A stretch of 64,000 nucleotides of DNA from Hormiphora californensis (Eukaryota; Animalia; Ctenophora), in the NCBI GenBank assembly GCA_020137815.1, contig CM035358.1, positions 5,704,001 through 5,768,000 on the forward strand, in the 5' to 3' direction. Positions within the stretch are counted from its first letter, which is position 1. Each line of letters starts with the position of its first letter. The translations under genes were made by a program, and so were the position numbers. The notes under the pieces are model-generated. The model did not search any database. It saw nothing but the letters and a program-made list of their open reading frames with translations, and was not told the origin of the DNA. Shown one piece after another: positions 15,001 to 27,256 of this stretch.

Positions 15001-17959
15001 ATATTCGGGGGAAGAGCTGGCATGTTTAAAGCAATGGGGATAGATGGCTCGTTGAAACTAAACAGCAGAATGAGAATTCAGAATGTGTGTTTTACATGCG
15101 CCATCCCGTGAGTCCCGTGATCTACATACTAGCCTGGTGGGGTAGTTTGTAAGGGCCGGTTTATAGTTGTTAATGTTACTCAACAAGGGATTGATGACGA
15201 GATGATATGTCATTGTCAAGAGAGATGGAGACCGGGGAGAGACCGGGGAGAGACTGAGGAGAGAGGCTGAGGAGAGACTGAGGAGAGAGACTGAGGAGAG
15301 ACTGAGGAGAGACTGAGGAGAGACTGAGGAGAGACTGAGGAGAGACTGAGGAGAGACTGAAGAGAGACTGAGGAGAGACTGAGGAGAGAGACTGAGGAGA
15401 GAGACTGAGGGGAGACTGAGGAGAGACTGAGGAGAGACTGAGGAGAGACTGAGGAGAGACTGAGGAGAGACTGAGGAGAGACTGAGGAGAGACTGAGGAG
15501 AGACTGAGGAGAGACTGAGAAGAGACTGGGGAGAGACTGAGGAGAGACTGAGGAGAGACTGAGGAGAGACTGAGGAGAGACTGAGGAGAGACTGAGAAGA
15601 GACTGGGGAGAGACTGAGGAGAGACTGAGGAGAGACTGAGGAGAGACTGAGGGGAGATTGAGGAGAGACTGAGGAGAGACTGAGGAGAGACTGGGGAGAG
15701 ACTGAGGAGAGACTGAGGAGAGACTGAGGAGAGACTGAGGAGAGACTGAGGAGAGACTGAGGAGCGACTGAGGAGAGACTGAGGAGAGACTGAGGAGAGA
15801 CTGAGGAGAGACTGAGGAGAGACTGAGGAGAGACTGAGGAGAGACCGAGGGGAGAGACTGAGGAGCGACTGAGGAGAGACTGAGGAGAGACTGAGGAGAG
15901 ACCGGGGAGATGTGTTTTGAGGTTTTATTATCCTAGTAGGATTATAAAACCTCGCATTTATAATGGGAGATGCAATGATGTTAGACAAAGATTTGAATTT
16001 CATTTCAGGTCCTTCTTATCTTGGGTGGCGGAGGAGATTATAGATCCATCGAGAAACATTCCCCTTTCACTTTTTATTGGTAGGTCTTTATATCTCGATT
16101 GCTATAAGGCCGTGATCTGGCGGCGCCGACCCTATCTGAGCGAACAATGAGCATACAAACAGGGTCTGCATCTGGAGCCGCCATGGACAGGTGCATACAT
16201 ACCACGGCTGTATTGATTTTGAATTATAATCAGTGTTTTGGTTATATTTAATCTAATCTCACCCAATTTCAACCCATCACCCTCCTACTTGTTGAGCAGG
16301 AACCGACCGAATCAGGAAATACTGGTCCCTGATTGGCTAATAACCAGTCACGTGACCTAAATAACGAGTTCTGATTGGTTGTTTACTTAATCTGGTCGGT
16401 TCCTGTTGTTGAGTAACCCATCACCCTCCTACTTGTTGAGTAACCCATGATCTCCTCTCCAGGTATCTTTGTAGTGTGTGCGGTGTATCTTCTCTTCAAC
16501 CTTGCTATCTTCCTGGGTCCCTCTCTCTCCCACATACCCCTAAACAGTTCACCCTTCGTCCTTCTCTATGCTAGAACCGCGTGGAGTGGGTGGGGGTGGT
16601 TCTTTGCTTCGTTTTGTATTATAAGTGCAACTTATGGAGCTGTTTCAAGCAATACTATCAGTACCACGCGGTGAGTGTAATTACACAAAGTAGCAGGGTA
16701 TGAAACATGTGAAATGCGAATAGGATCAGGCCAATCCTCTGACAACTAGACAATCATGACTAGTCAACTGTCTGGCTGTCATGAATATTGTTTCTCCTCA
16801 CACCTAGATACCCCCGACAGGTTTTATCATGCGTGTGCTCGTGATGGTCACCTTCCTAGAGCTCTCTCCCTCTGCCTTCCATCTCGGTCTACACCAATAG
16901 TAGCCATTATCTTCAATGTGAGTAGAGATACTAGGTTCGTGTGTTTAGAAAACTAAACTCCAACTTACAAAAAGTACCCGGGTAACAATCAGACTCCAAC
17001 CCCCAGGCCCAACTACACCCCATTTTTATTGCCCCTTGACGACCACTCGCACCGACAACCAGCTTACATCGAGTCGGCACTAGGCCAAAAATTCCAGACC
17101 CAACTCACGTCTCACACTCCCTTCTCCTCCACCCCTTACTCAACAACCCTCCCTCCTGACAGTTTCTATTGACGGTGGTGTACATCATGGTTGGAAAACA
17201 CGCTGATCAAGTGGTAGAGAAGGTTATGTACACTCAGTGGGTCTACTTCGTCTTTGTATTCGTTGGAATCATCATTCTCCGGTTCACTCGTCCCAACATG
17301 AGACGTCCCTATAAGGTCAGTACTACTCGTCCCAACATGAGACGTCCCTATAAGGTACCAGTATGTTCACTGTATGGCGGCGCCATACCCCATTTGATTC
17401 TCAGGTGGGTCGCGGCGCCCGACAGTATGTTCAGTAGTTAGTGGATCAGTGGATCAGTGGGTCGAGTCCTACCACTGGGTAAAATCTAGACACATGACTG
17501 CAAACATGAATGGGGAAGTCAATTCTTTTATACGCGAATTGACTTCCCCGTTCGGTCATGTCTAGACTGTACAGACTATCTTAGGGACCAATTACCCTGT
17601 CTCTTCTCAGGCGCCATTTATCATCCCTGTGTTCCTCACACTGGCATCAATCCTAATGATCTTATCTCCCGTTCTCGATACCGAAAAGAATGATGACTAT
17701 ATAGTTAACATTGTCTCCAAATATGGTATTGCTGTGGGTTCCATAGTAACAGGAATACCATTCTACGTGCTGTGTATCTACCAGAAAACACGGCTATCCA
17801 TCTTCGAGCGGGCTTCAGGTGAGAAAGATCAAAAAGAGAGTGAGTGAGAGCGAGAAGGAAGAGAGAAACTACTTTATTTAGTGGGTTTTACAACTTCTAA
17901 CCCGATTTCCATTTTCAGAAAAGATGACTGAGCTCTGTAAAAAGATCGGATTCCAGTGA
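35..17959 (+). CDS. SLC7/LAT-family (APC superfamily) amino-acid permease, 5'-partial, 10 exons visible
   Basis: Phase-consistent GT-AG exons: 35-100, 8610-8737, 9001-9087, 14722-14821, 16009-16079, 16463-16670, 16821-16917, 17163-17315, 17611-17818, 17919-17959(stop). Family motifs SMWAYGGW-SFLSWVAEEIIDPSRNIPLS, RFYHACARDGHLP and LRFTRPNMRRPYKAP, plus many hydrophobic segments. The donor at 101 (GTTCCT) is weak but gives the required phase. Confidence 0.85.
130..8217. repeat. 34-bp satellite array (~8.1 kb, ~238 monomers) filling a permease intron
   Basis: Monomer ACTTTGACCCTCCTTATCTCTAAGAAACTTTCCC repeated head to tail; variant monomers recur in blocks. Confidence 0.97.
8218..8622 (+). repeat. 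Tandem array (31/38-bp units, ~12 extra copies) of a splice acceptor plus the first ~13 nt of the permease exon at 8610
   Basis: Unit TTCTATTTCCCCTCAG|GGGTTACTCAAAGAC; only the last copy continues into coding sequence (GYSKTTEELEDD...). Confidence 0.9.
9385..10774. mobile_element. Non-autonomous TIR element, ~600-bp TIRs, TTAA target duplication (Kolobok-like GG...CC ends)
   Basis: TTAA|GGGTACGCTAACC...GGTTAGCGTACCC|TTAA; 9385-~9985 is the reverse complement of ~10175-10774. Confidence 0.85.
10873..13065 (-). CDS. Secreted short pentraxin / LamG-fold protein (~248 aa), nested antisense in a permease intron
   Basis: Exons 13065-12978, 12708-12582, 12231-12080, 11815-11661, 11459-11255, 10892-10873 total 747 nt with one open frame. 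Hydrophobic N-terminus, then KALYFP..DNYA, KWYHVVTT..LYMDG and the pentraxin-type LCFGQEQDEYGGGFEERQAFTGGIAEFYWLNKTLSPAEV. Confidence 0.88.
11476..11589. mobile_element. ~110-bp hAT-type MITE (copy 1)
   Basis: TIR CAGGAACCGACCGA...TCGGTCGGTTCCTG; same family as the copies that carry 8-bp TSDs; no TSD visible here. Confidence 0.8.
11836..11944. mobile_element. ~110-bp hAT-type MITE (copy 2, opposite orientation)
   Basis: CAGG...CCTG termini, 8-bp TSD ATAGGGAT on both sides. Confidence 0.88.
12410..12555. repeat. 21-bp intronic minisatellite (GTCACACTGTTTGTGTATGAC)n
   Basis: About 7 tandem copies in pentraxin intron 2. Confidence 0.9.
12746..12917. repeat. 19-bp intronic minisatellite (CCATGGTAACTACGCAATA)n
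   Basis: About 9 tandem copies in pentraxin intron 1. Confidence 0.9.
13752..14604. mobile_element. Degraded TIR element with subterminal ATTCCATATGGAA motifs
   Basis: GGAGCAAATTAGG.../...CCTATTTGCTCC ends, with clusters of palindromic TTCCATATGGAA at both ends. Confidence 0.5.
15226..15910. repeat. 11-bp minisatellite (GACTGAGGAGA)n in a permease intron
   Basis: About 60 tandem copies; source of the spurious 275-aa SLLSLSSVSPQ ORF. Confidence 0.95.
16297..16405. mobile_element. hAT-type MITE (copy 3)
   Basis: CAGG...CCTG, 8-bp TSD TTGTTGAG. Confidence 0.88.
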
Positions 17960-18213
17960 TCATTGGTGCAGCTTGCTCTACCAGACCCTGATTGGTGCAG
18001 CTTGCTCTACCAGACCCTGTTTCAAGTTCAACAAAACAAGTGTAGTGCGAGAGAGAACTGAGAGCCATGATGGAGACACACACACATGACACTTCATATT
18101 TGACCGAAAGGAACTCCAAACTGCTTGACGCTTATAATTGCAATTGCTGTATTGCTGGAAGTGATAATGAACAAACCGTATTATTATACCTACTATTTGG
18201 AAATATTATACTA

Positions 18214-19119
18214 GTAGGGACGATAGTGTCAGTCGATGTCAGGGATTTTAAAATTTCCCTATTCAAGTGTTCGGGGAGCCTCTCCCGAGTAAAATGCGAC
18301 CAATTAGAGCTCCCAATCTTTTCTCGTTCTCTAATTATTCGTGATTATGCTAATTATGACGTCATCAGCAACTACCAGAAATCTACATCTTAGGGCTTAA
18401 ATTTTTATACTAGCTGGTAGGGGACCACTAGATTAGTGGGCAAAAATTTTTCAGGTCGATCGGAGTTATGGGCGTGGCGCTATGGCGTTTGAAAGTGTGT
18501 AATCCGGTGATGACGTCATCAAGGATTATCAAATTAGGTCAACGCGGGGGGTCGAGACCGGGTGCGTTTGATCGAGCCTGATAAGCTGATCAAAAATCTG
18601 TAGGGGTAGATCAATCCCCCAACTAGGAGCTGAGCTATTAGCGTTTTTCGGTTTTTAGGTCACGTGACTTCGTCAAAAATCAAAAAAATGCTAATAGCTC
18701 GGCTCCTAGTTGGGGGATTGATCTACCCCTACAGATTTTTGATCAGCTTATCAGGCTCGATCAAACGCACCCGGTCGAGACCCCCCGCGTTGACCTAATT
18801 TGATAATCCTTGATGACGTCATCACCGGATTACACACTTTCAAACGCCATAGCGCCACGCCCATAACTCCGATCGACCTGAAAAATTTTTTGCCCACTAA
18901 TCTAGTGGTCCCCTACCAGCTAGTATAAAAATTTAAGCCCTAAGATGTAGATTTCTGGTAGTTGCTGATGACGTCATAATTAGCATAATCACGAATAATT
19001 AGAGAACGAGAAAAGATTGGGAGCTCTAATTGGTCGCATTTTACTCAGGAGAGGCTCCCCGAACACTTGAATAGGGAAATTTTAAAATCCCTGACATCGA
19101 CTGACACTATCGTCCCTAC
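18214..19119. mobile_element. Fold-back MITE with ~440-bp near-perfect arms, TA-flanked (Tc1/mariner-type)
   Basis: TA|GTAGGGACGATAGTGTCAGTCG...CGACTGACACTATCGTCCCTAC|TA; arms almost identical around a short spacer near 18660. Confidence 0.85.
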
Positions 19120-19364
19120 TATACCTAATCCAAATATTTGGAAGATTTCCAATACGAGAATTAAAATTTATGTCACAAGACACTATGACACTTTGATTTT
19201 GATTCATTTAGAGTGTGGCATCTGAAATGCTTATTTGCTGAAATTAATTCTGATCTATCTTTTAACCCGCTGCCATGTTAAACTTTTTTACTGTTTTATT
19301 GTCTAGCCGCTGGCGGCGCCCCGTTTTGAATCTATTCGAGCCCCCGTAATCCCCCGTGTAACAC

Positions 19365-19600
19365 GGGGGATTACGGGGGCTCGAATAGATCGCCCGTATA
19401 GATCGCCCGTACCAGTCGCCCGTACATTTGCTTTGCGCATTACGTTTCATCGCACTTTCACCACAAAAAAGGTACATGCGCGTTACACGCATGTGTTTTG
19501 TTGTGGTGAAAGTGTGGTGAAACGTAATGCGCAAAGCAAATGTACGGGCGACTGGTACGGGCGATTGGTACGGGCGTCTCATCCGGGCCCCCGTAATCCG
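19365..19600. mobile_element. GC-rich inverted-repeat element (MITE-like)
   Basis: CGCCCGTACCAGTCGCCCGTACATTTGCTTTGCGCATTACG mirrored at ~19522-19562. Confidence 0.6.
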
Positions 19601-20044
19601 CTGCCTTACAATGACGTGCTCCGTCATATTGGCCACCCGCACAGGGTCGCCCACAGCGTGGAGCACGACGTCCAAAAATAACAAACAATGGCATATTTAA
19701 TGTCTTGGACAGTCCACTGGACGGTCCAGTGGACCCCCACTGGATCACGCTGTGGGCGGCGCTGTGTGGCTTATATAACGGAGCATCACAGTTACAGTGG
19801 TACTCCGTCATGATAGTGGCCACCAATATCACCATAATCCGTGATTACGACACTACGACAGTGCGCTCAGATCGGGTCGGCGCCGCCAGACAGCTGTTTT
19901 GGAAGATACTGGGAAATGGAAAACAGTATTGGAGAGATTTTGAGGCAAGTTGCTAATAAGTTGTCTTCCGTTTGCCAGCAGCTGCTTGGGGGAGGGAGAA
20001 AATGGAAAACACAGGAGTTTAGATCACATGAAACAACATTATAT

Positions 20045-20641
20045 TAGGAACCGACCGAACCAAGTAAACAACCAATCAGAGCTCGCTATTTAGGTCACGT
20101 GACTGGTTATCAGCCAATCAGTGACCATTACACTATGGGGTCAAAACGCGCGTTTTTCCGGTTAGGCTCGCAAAAATACGCCGTTTTTAGCGCATGAAAT
20201 GCCACCCAAAACAGACGCCGCTATGAATGCGTGTGATGTCTAATGGCCATAAAAACGGGTCTAACATGTGGTCCATCGTTTAGCACACAAAATGAGACCA
20301 AACTTGGATCTATAATCTGTAAAATGAGAGAATGAGAGCCATTTGAAAACTTTAAAATGAAACAGATTTTTTTCGCTATTCGGAGCGTGGACATATTTGG
20401 TACCAAAATGGTCAGGGGTTTGTACTGGATAGTCTGTAACCAAATTTAAGAAGGTGCGGGCAAGCGAACTTTGACTTTTTGCAGTATTTATGCTAAAAAA
20501 TCGCTTTCCAGCGCCAATTTTATGTGTAAAACGCGCAACAGGGTCGATATTTGAAGCTCTGTTGCGCGTTCTGTGGCCATAAACACGGCATCTCGCGAGC
20601 TGACCGGAATTGACCCCATAGTGCAATATTTCCTGATTCGG
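20045..20641. mobile_element. hAT-type MITE (copy 4) interrupted by a CACTA-ended TIR element (20131-20623)
   Basis: MITE halves at 20045-20127 and 20626-20641; insert CACTATGGGGTCAA...TTGACCCCATAGTG; a ~52-bp direct repeat flanks the whole block. Confidence 0.75.
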
Positions 20642-20769
20642 AAGAGGGAGAAAATGGAAAACACAGGAGTTTAGATCACATGAAACAACATTATATATAT
20701 CGCATTATTACTTCTCCGTAAAGATCACATTATATATCCCAACACTTAGTATATCCAGAAAAGTGAAAG

Positions 20770-21087
20770 GGGGGGGGGGGTGACACGTAACACTTTGTAA
20801 CACTTTGTAACATGTGCAGAAAACTCTTTGTGCACGTTACATGTTACAAAGTGTTACAAAGTGTTACAAAGTGTTACAAAATGTTACAAAGTGTTACAAA
20901 ATGTTACAAAGTGTTACAAAATGTTACAAAATGGGCATTTTTTGCAACATTTTGCAACATTTTGTAACACTTTGTAACACTTTGTAACACTTTGTAACGC
21001 TTGTAACACTTTGTAACATGTGCAGAAAATATTTTGTGCACGTTACATGTTACAAAGTGTTACAAAGTGTTACGTGTCACCCCCCCC
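20770..21087. mobile_element. MITE with poly-G/poly-C ends, 8-bp TSD AGTGAAAG and internal 10-bp repeats (Merlin/MULE-like)
   Basis: AGTGAAAG|GGG...GTGACACGTAACAC...GTGTTACGTGTCACCCCCCC|AGTGAAAG. Confidence 0.75.
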
Positions 21088-21622
21088 AGTGAAAGCACTA
21101 AAACATCTCACATCTCTGTCATGATTCTATCAGCACCCTGCTACTTTTATCAAGTCTATAGAGGGAGGATAGAGGAAGGGTAGTATGGGCTACTATCTCA
21201 CATTGTAATCCCACTATATACTAATTCGAGAAAGATAATGTACCCAATAATAGTAGTAAATGTAAGTGAAAATTAAACCCCAAAAAGTTTCTCCTAACTG
21301 TACAACAAAGTGCCCAAAAAAACTACTAAAACTATATATCGGAACAGTTTAATTGTGTCAACAGTGCTTTATGAAATAACTTATACAAGTCGATCCAGTA
21401 TTATGGAAAAATATCCTCTCACAATTATTCGATTTCAATGAGAATTATCTGTTCTAAACTTCAAGATAAAATGTTCATGAGGGGAAAAAAGAGGGATATA
21501 ATTTGTGTCCAGAGAGAGAGAGGGATATATGTATTATTATACACTTTACTAATTCACAGTAAACTGCCCAAGTTCCTGCCTTGGGTGCGGGCCAGCGCAC
21601 TTTTCAACTTTCTCTCAAAATC

Positions 21623-24600
21623 TTATGATGTCCTTATTTGGTAGTCTCCGTTTTGTGTTATGTACCGGACCCAGGGTAGGGCCTGGTAACCACTTTTCTC
21701 GATGATCTTCAAATATCGGACCTGTAGAACGGAAGAGAGATTCGTTGGATATTGTTGGAAAATAATTAAATATTCAATTGTCTCCGAGTCGGGCCGGGTA
21801 AGGAGATTTAATCTCGAAGCGTGCGTGATGTTACAGTCATGCAGCATGACGAAAGTTTAGCCAATAATTGCTAAGTAATTTACCTGTATTCCTGATACGG
21901 TGAAGTAGGGAATTTCAAATTTGACTTTTATCGGAGGTTTTCCTTCGTCCTCCTCAGCCTCGACAGAAGGAAGACAGAAGTGTGCTCGCATTAGAAAGTC
22001 TTTCCCACCCTGCGGAGAAAATAGGGTGAAATTTATTGCTTAGATTGGAGGATGGTAATGATGTGTTTTATGAAGGAGCACTTACCGGAAATTGTTTTAT
22101 GCTCCAAAACACAGCATTTTCCTCGGGGACGTACTTTACTGATCCAATAGTCGTCTGGGTGGGGAGAATTAGTGAGAATGGGTAAAAGGGATAACAGCAT
22201 TTTATTTGGGTATTTTCTCAAAAATAAGATAAAAGGAATGGTAAAAACCTGTTTACCTTGAATTTAGGGGAATCGGCATCAGGAGGAACTGGAATTATAA
22301 TTTCAACATTGTTCGCTGTCGATCGTCTCTTGAACTGACTTTTAGCCTAAACGGGGAAATAAAATACAACAACCAATTAGGGCAGGGCTGCAAGGAGTAG
22401 GATCGCGATTGCAAGGTGTCTTTTCCTGGTCCACAGGGGAGAAGAAATGTCGTGCGCGCGGAATACCCTACCCGGCGCGCGTTCGGCGTGTCTCTCAATA
22501 GAGCGCCCTCCGTATACCCCCTCATCTATCGGATTGCTGTGTATTTTATACACACACGTGTACATAAAAACTTAGTTACACTAAGAACTAGTTACTGACT
22601 AGTTACTAATAAGTTACCTTGATCATGTATTCAACACGGCTGTGAGAGTGTCGTTCTATTACACTTTCAATCAGCATTAGAGGTTTGCTCTGTGTGTTCA
22701 ACCGATAACTCATCAACTCAAATTCTCCATCAGGAGGCACAAAGGAAATCGTTCGATCATTTTCAAACCTAGGAAATTGTTTAATTATTAAACAATTTGA
22801 TCGTTTAATTAGTGTTTCTAGTCGATTATAGGATAGGAAACCACCTCTCACCTAGAGAGTCTGACACATTGATGGAATTTAACATCCTCAAGCTCCACAG
22901 CCTTGCTCTTGCTCCTTCCCGTACTTTCAAATAGGATTTTATCATTTAATCCGAGTCTTAGCTCAGGCATACCACTGAGCATAACTTTCATCTTGACAGA
23001 TCCGACAATCTCACTTTGTAGCACATTACCTTTCGCTGATACCTAGAGAGAGAGAGAGAGTCAGAGAAGGTGACATAATATACAGTTCGGTTCGCAATTC
23101 ACAAACACTCGTGCTCTCTCGCCGAATCACCAGGTTGTGTTTCGTATTGTTCATACAGCACAAGTTGTGTTGTGTGCGGTGCGATGTAATCATGTAATGC
23201 ATCCGTATTTCTCTCACTCTCTCTATCTCTACATCTCTTCGCTCCCTATCTCTGTATGTTTGTCTGTCTGTCTGTCTATCTGTCTCCCCCTCTCTCACCA
23301 GTAAATTAATAGACTCGACAACGTCCAGGAAAACTTCATTTTTCCTGTACTTGATGCCCTCCATTCGCCAGGAGACAGCATTTGTTACAGTTGGAGGTGG
23401 TCTGGGAGCAGCTTCCATCTTATGGGATTCTTGGGTAATAAACCTGAATTGGGGAAGGGATGGTTAGATAAGTGTTGGTGTCCATATCTCTTTCCATCTC
23501 CCCCTTTCTATTTCTCCATCACTAGGCAACCCCTTGCACGTGCAAACTGCCCCCAATAGTGCAGATTCCGCACGTGCTTACTCGCTTACAGTACACTTTC
23601 CAAGTTACGACTAGCTCTTTGTACATCTCGATATACTGATGATAACCACAACCTTCTTCGCATTTCTCCTGCTAGCAGCTGCAATAGTAGGAGGACTAAC
23701 CTTCCTTTGGAATTGGACAGCGCACGAAACTACCGCTGTATTCATCGGACTTAACCACAAGTCAGCTGATAACTCCGAAGAACACACCGAATGGATTGAG
23801 AACCTAGCGGGTGCAGCCGAGGAGACGGAGCGCCTTCAGAAGTCTATTATGGAATTCTACAAGTCCATCATGGCCATATCTCGACCACCCAGAAAATACT
23901 ACAGACATGTTCAAACTGAGGTGGATCTGGAGCGTGGAATGCAGTCTCTTTCAACTCAAACAAGAGATATGGAGTACAAATGGAGCCTTCCTCCAATTGA
24001 CATCTAACTCCATGGACCCAACACAACCGCACTGATGAAAACCAGAACATGACGTCACACAACATGACGTCACACAACCGGGGCAGAGTCTCCCTCCCAT
24101 TAGGGGAGCTCTCTCCACCACAATGGGGGGAGTCACACACGGAACACACACCGTCGTGGGACTCTTCGTGCCACAACTCTCTCTTCTTCTTCTTTCTCTC
24201 TTTTAGAGAGGAGAGGAGAGAGAGTTTCCCATTGCCGCGGGTCTGTAGGCGATGGCCCTGTGAGCGCGGTCAGTCTCACACAATTTTGGAAGTTTTGGTA
24301 ACAATTAGAACTTTTGGAGTTACAACTTACTCTTGAAGTATTTTAGGGTCAGTTGTCTGAGGGTACCCAAAATCCATAAACTCATCTAGCAACTCGTAGA
24401 CAATGACAAAGTTGTCTCTAATACTTTCCTCCTCGACTTCTTTGAAGTAATCGATAAACGCCTGAATAACAAAGAAATAAAGATCAGTTTTAAAATTCAG
24501 AGTGCGGGAAACAACTAACTAGCAGTATAATTACGTATAATATACAACCCATTTCTGGCTTCAACTAGGGTGATTGGGGGGAGGGGGAGGGGTGTGAGGT

Positions 24601-25800
24601 GTTCAATACGTACCTGGATCATGCGATAAAGATAGACGAATATAAGAGTCACATTGGCATTTGTCCTTGTCATCGCCACTAGGTAAAGGTTACTGTACTT
24701 TATGTACGCAAAGGTAGTCTTTTCGTGACGTAGTATCGGAGTCATAATTCCCTCTTCCTCAACCTAGTAGGAGAGGGGGTTGGTAATACTTTTCGGACAT
24801 TCTACCAAGCTCTTACTGGAGAAGGGTGGTTTGTTTCACACATAACAAGGACAGGGTGGGGATTGTATAAACTGGAAAATTAAACACAGCAGTATCACAG
24901 ATCAGAACAACTCTTATTAAAATGAAGATATTATTGAATTCGTGTTACCTCAGTGATCAGGGGCATGAAGTGATCTATCTCTGTCATCGGAATATCCCCT
25001 CTATAGTTCCGTGATATCAGAACCTGACGGAGAGAAGAGAAGCTGTTATTATATGAGGACGTTGGGCGCAGTAAAACAAATTAAACAAGCGCTAGACCAG
25101 GATCGAACCCGGAACTTATAGGTCCATGAGAGGCGAGTGTACTACACCGCTCTGTTCCTAGTTGACACATGTATCAATTATTTTCCATCTCTCTCACTCC
25201 GATTTGTTTACCTCAACTAATGGTCTTGTCTAGCTCAGTTTAAGACTGCAGTCAAGCCATCCCTCCCTCTCTGCAAATATTTGTCTCTCCCAATATCAAA
25301 ATATATGTCTCTCACTTGGCTCGGCTGAGCTCATAAATAATGTTTTAAAGTGCAGCACGCTCTCTCCCTCTCTCAAGTGTTACACTCTATGCGGGCGACG
25401 AACAATACTCAAGGATCTCTCAAAGGCTTTGTCCGAATCGCAGCACTAACATTTAACAAACAAACTAGCAAACCTGTTCTCAATATAAAAAAGGGAACCT
25501 TCGGGGACCCACCCAACCAACATAGATGTCAGATACTTGGCGGTTGAACCCAACCCCCACCCCCACCACCCCTGCCCCAAGGCCTAATCCCAACCCAAAC
25601 CCCAACCATGACACTCCAAATCAAAAAGCAATTTTTAAAAAAGGGAACAAAGACTCCCTCCACTCCCTCCACTCCCCCTCCACTCCCCACCCCCTCCACC
25701 CCCCTCAGGAAACAAAGACCCCCTCCACTTCACCTCCACCCCCCCCGGAATAACGTACCTTTCCCTTTAGGTCGAGGATGAAGATTGCGGATGCGGACAT
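21623..25800 (-). CDS. AP1M1: AP-1 adaptor complex subunit mu (422 aa, 11 exons)
   Basis: Exons 25800-25759, 25023-24949, 24763-24614, 24461-24331, 23443-23299, 23042-22852, 22768-22618, 22346-22257, 22154-22086, 22009-21884, 21721-21623 (1269 nt). MSASAIFILDLKGKVLISRNYRGD, SIRDNFVIVYELLDEFMDFGYPQ, VSWRMEGIKYRKNEVFLDV, ISFVPPDGEFELMSYR, VRYLKIIEKSGYQALPWVRYIT. Confidence 0.96.
23639..24007 (+). CDS. Candidate nested single-exon gene (122 aa; N-terminal signal/TM, helical body) antisense in AP1M1 intron 4
   Basis: ATG-initiated, non-repetitive ORF with hydrophobic FFAFLLLAAAIVGGLTFLW followed by a charged helical region; no family recognised. Confidence 0.4.
   Translation: MITTTFFAFLLLAAAIVGGLTFLWNWTAHETTAVFIGLNHKSADNSEEHTEWIENLAGAAEETERLQKSIMEFYKSIMAISRPPRKYYRHVQTEVDLERGMQSLSTQTRDMEYKWSLPPIDI
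25088..25152 (-). mobile_element. Degraded tRNA-derived SINE head
   Basis: Reverse complement reads GGTGTAGTACAC...GGGTTCGATCCTGGTCTAGC, similar to the head at 60570-60640. Confidence 0.5.
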
Positions 25801-26118
25801 TCCGCTGCTGATCCTAACATGTGGAATAGAAAATAATTAGGATGAAGGACATTGGGGAGGGGGCAAAATGTGTTCTTCTTTGGGGGATGATTGCAAATCA
25901 ATAGCGGAGAAGTTTGGAGTGGATTGAAGAATCTTGGAGAATTTTGGAGAAGTTGAACTGAATTATGCAAATGGTGAAAAAGAGGAAGGTATTGATAGCA
26001 GAATACACGCACATTGGGCAATGTGTATACTGTATATTCTCGCTAGCTCCCGGTGCTTGCTCAATGTGCGTGTGTGTTTATTCATTACCTCCCGATGCTC
26101 CAACCCGGACCCCTTTAT

Positions 26119-26198
<80 letters not shown>

Positions 26199-26587
26199 CC
26201 ACTACACGCACCACTCCCACATGGGGCCGTGAGGCCCCATGCGAGAGCAGGGTTAAATCCCCCGGACCCGGATCCTGTTGGATCTGAGGGCCCGGAGGGC
26301 CTGCGGAGTAAAGGTAGGGTAGGTAGAACAATGTACATACGGGTAAATTTAACAATGTACATATGGGTTAAGGAAAGGGGGATTAAAGCTCATGGTGACG
26401 GAGCACAAGACCTCCTAAACTATCTGCAAAGAAGCCCAATCTGCTACAATGAATTCTAAGAAGAGACAACTTATCAGGAACTGGAGAAGCAAACCGTCTG
26501 AATCTAAGGCAGCCTAAAACAAGCAGGAACGGGTTCGAGCGGGAAAAAAAATAAAATAACACAAATGGATGATGATTACAAGTCGAG

Positions 26588-27256
26588 CCAGAGAGGACAG
26601 CCAGCCCGTTCCAGAGAAGCCAGCTGACCCCGTTCCAGAGAAGACAGCCGACCCCGTTCCAGAGAAGCCAGCTGACCCCGTTCCAGAGAAGCCAGTTGAC
26701 CCCGATCCAGAAAAGTCAACTGACCCCGTTCCAGAGAAGCCAGCTGACCCCGATCCAGAGAAGCCAGCTGACCCCGCTCCAGAGAAGACAGCCACCCCGT
26801 TCCAGAGAAGACAGCTGACCCCGTTCCAGTAAGGACAGCTGACCCCGCTCCAGTAAAGACAGCTGACCCCGTTCCAGTAAAGACAGCTGACCCCGCTCCA
26901 GAGAGGACAGCCACCCCGTTCCAGAGAGGACAGCTGACCCCGATCCAGTAAGGACAGCTGACCCCGTTCCAGTAAAGACAGCTGGCCCCGCTCCAGTAAG
27001 GACAGCTGACCCCGTTCCAGAGAAGACAGCCACCCCGTTCCAGAGAAGACAGCTGACCCCGTTCCAGTAAGGACAGCTGACCCCGCTCCAGTAAGGACAG
27101 CTGACCCCGCTCCAGTAAAGACAGCTGACCCCGCTCCAGAGAGGACAGCCACCCCGTTCCTGAGAGGACGGCTGACCCCGCTCCAGTAAGGACAGCTGAC
27201 CCCGTTCCAGTAAAGACAGCTGACCCCGCTCCAGAGAGGACAGCCACCCCGTTCCA
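26588..27256. repeat. 20/21-bp minisatellite (GACAGCTGACCCCGTTCCAGA-like), protein-like in one frame (PEKPADPV)
   Basis: About 32 units; interspersed 20-bp units break the frame. Confidence 0.85.

Noticed and set aside
15176-16003. 275-aa Ser/Leu-rich ORF
   Set aside because: Read-through of an 11-bp minisatellite antisense to an intron.
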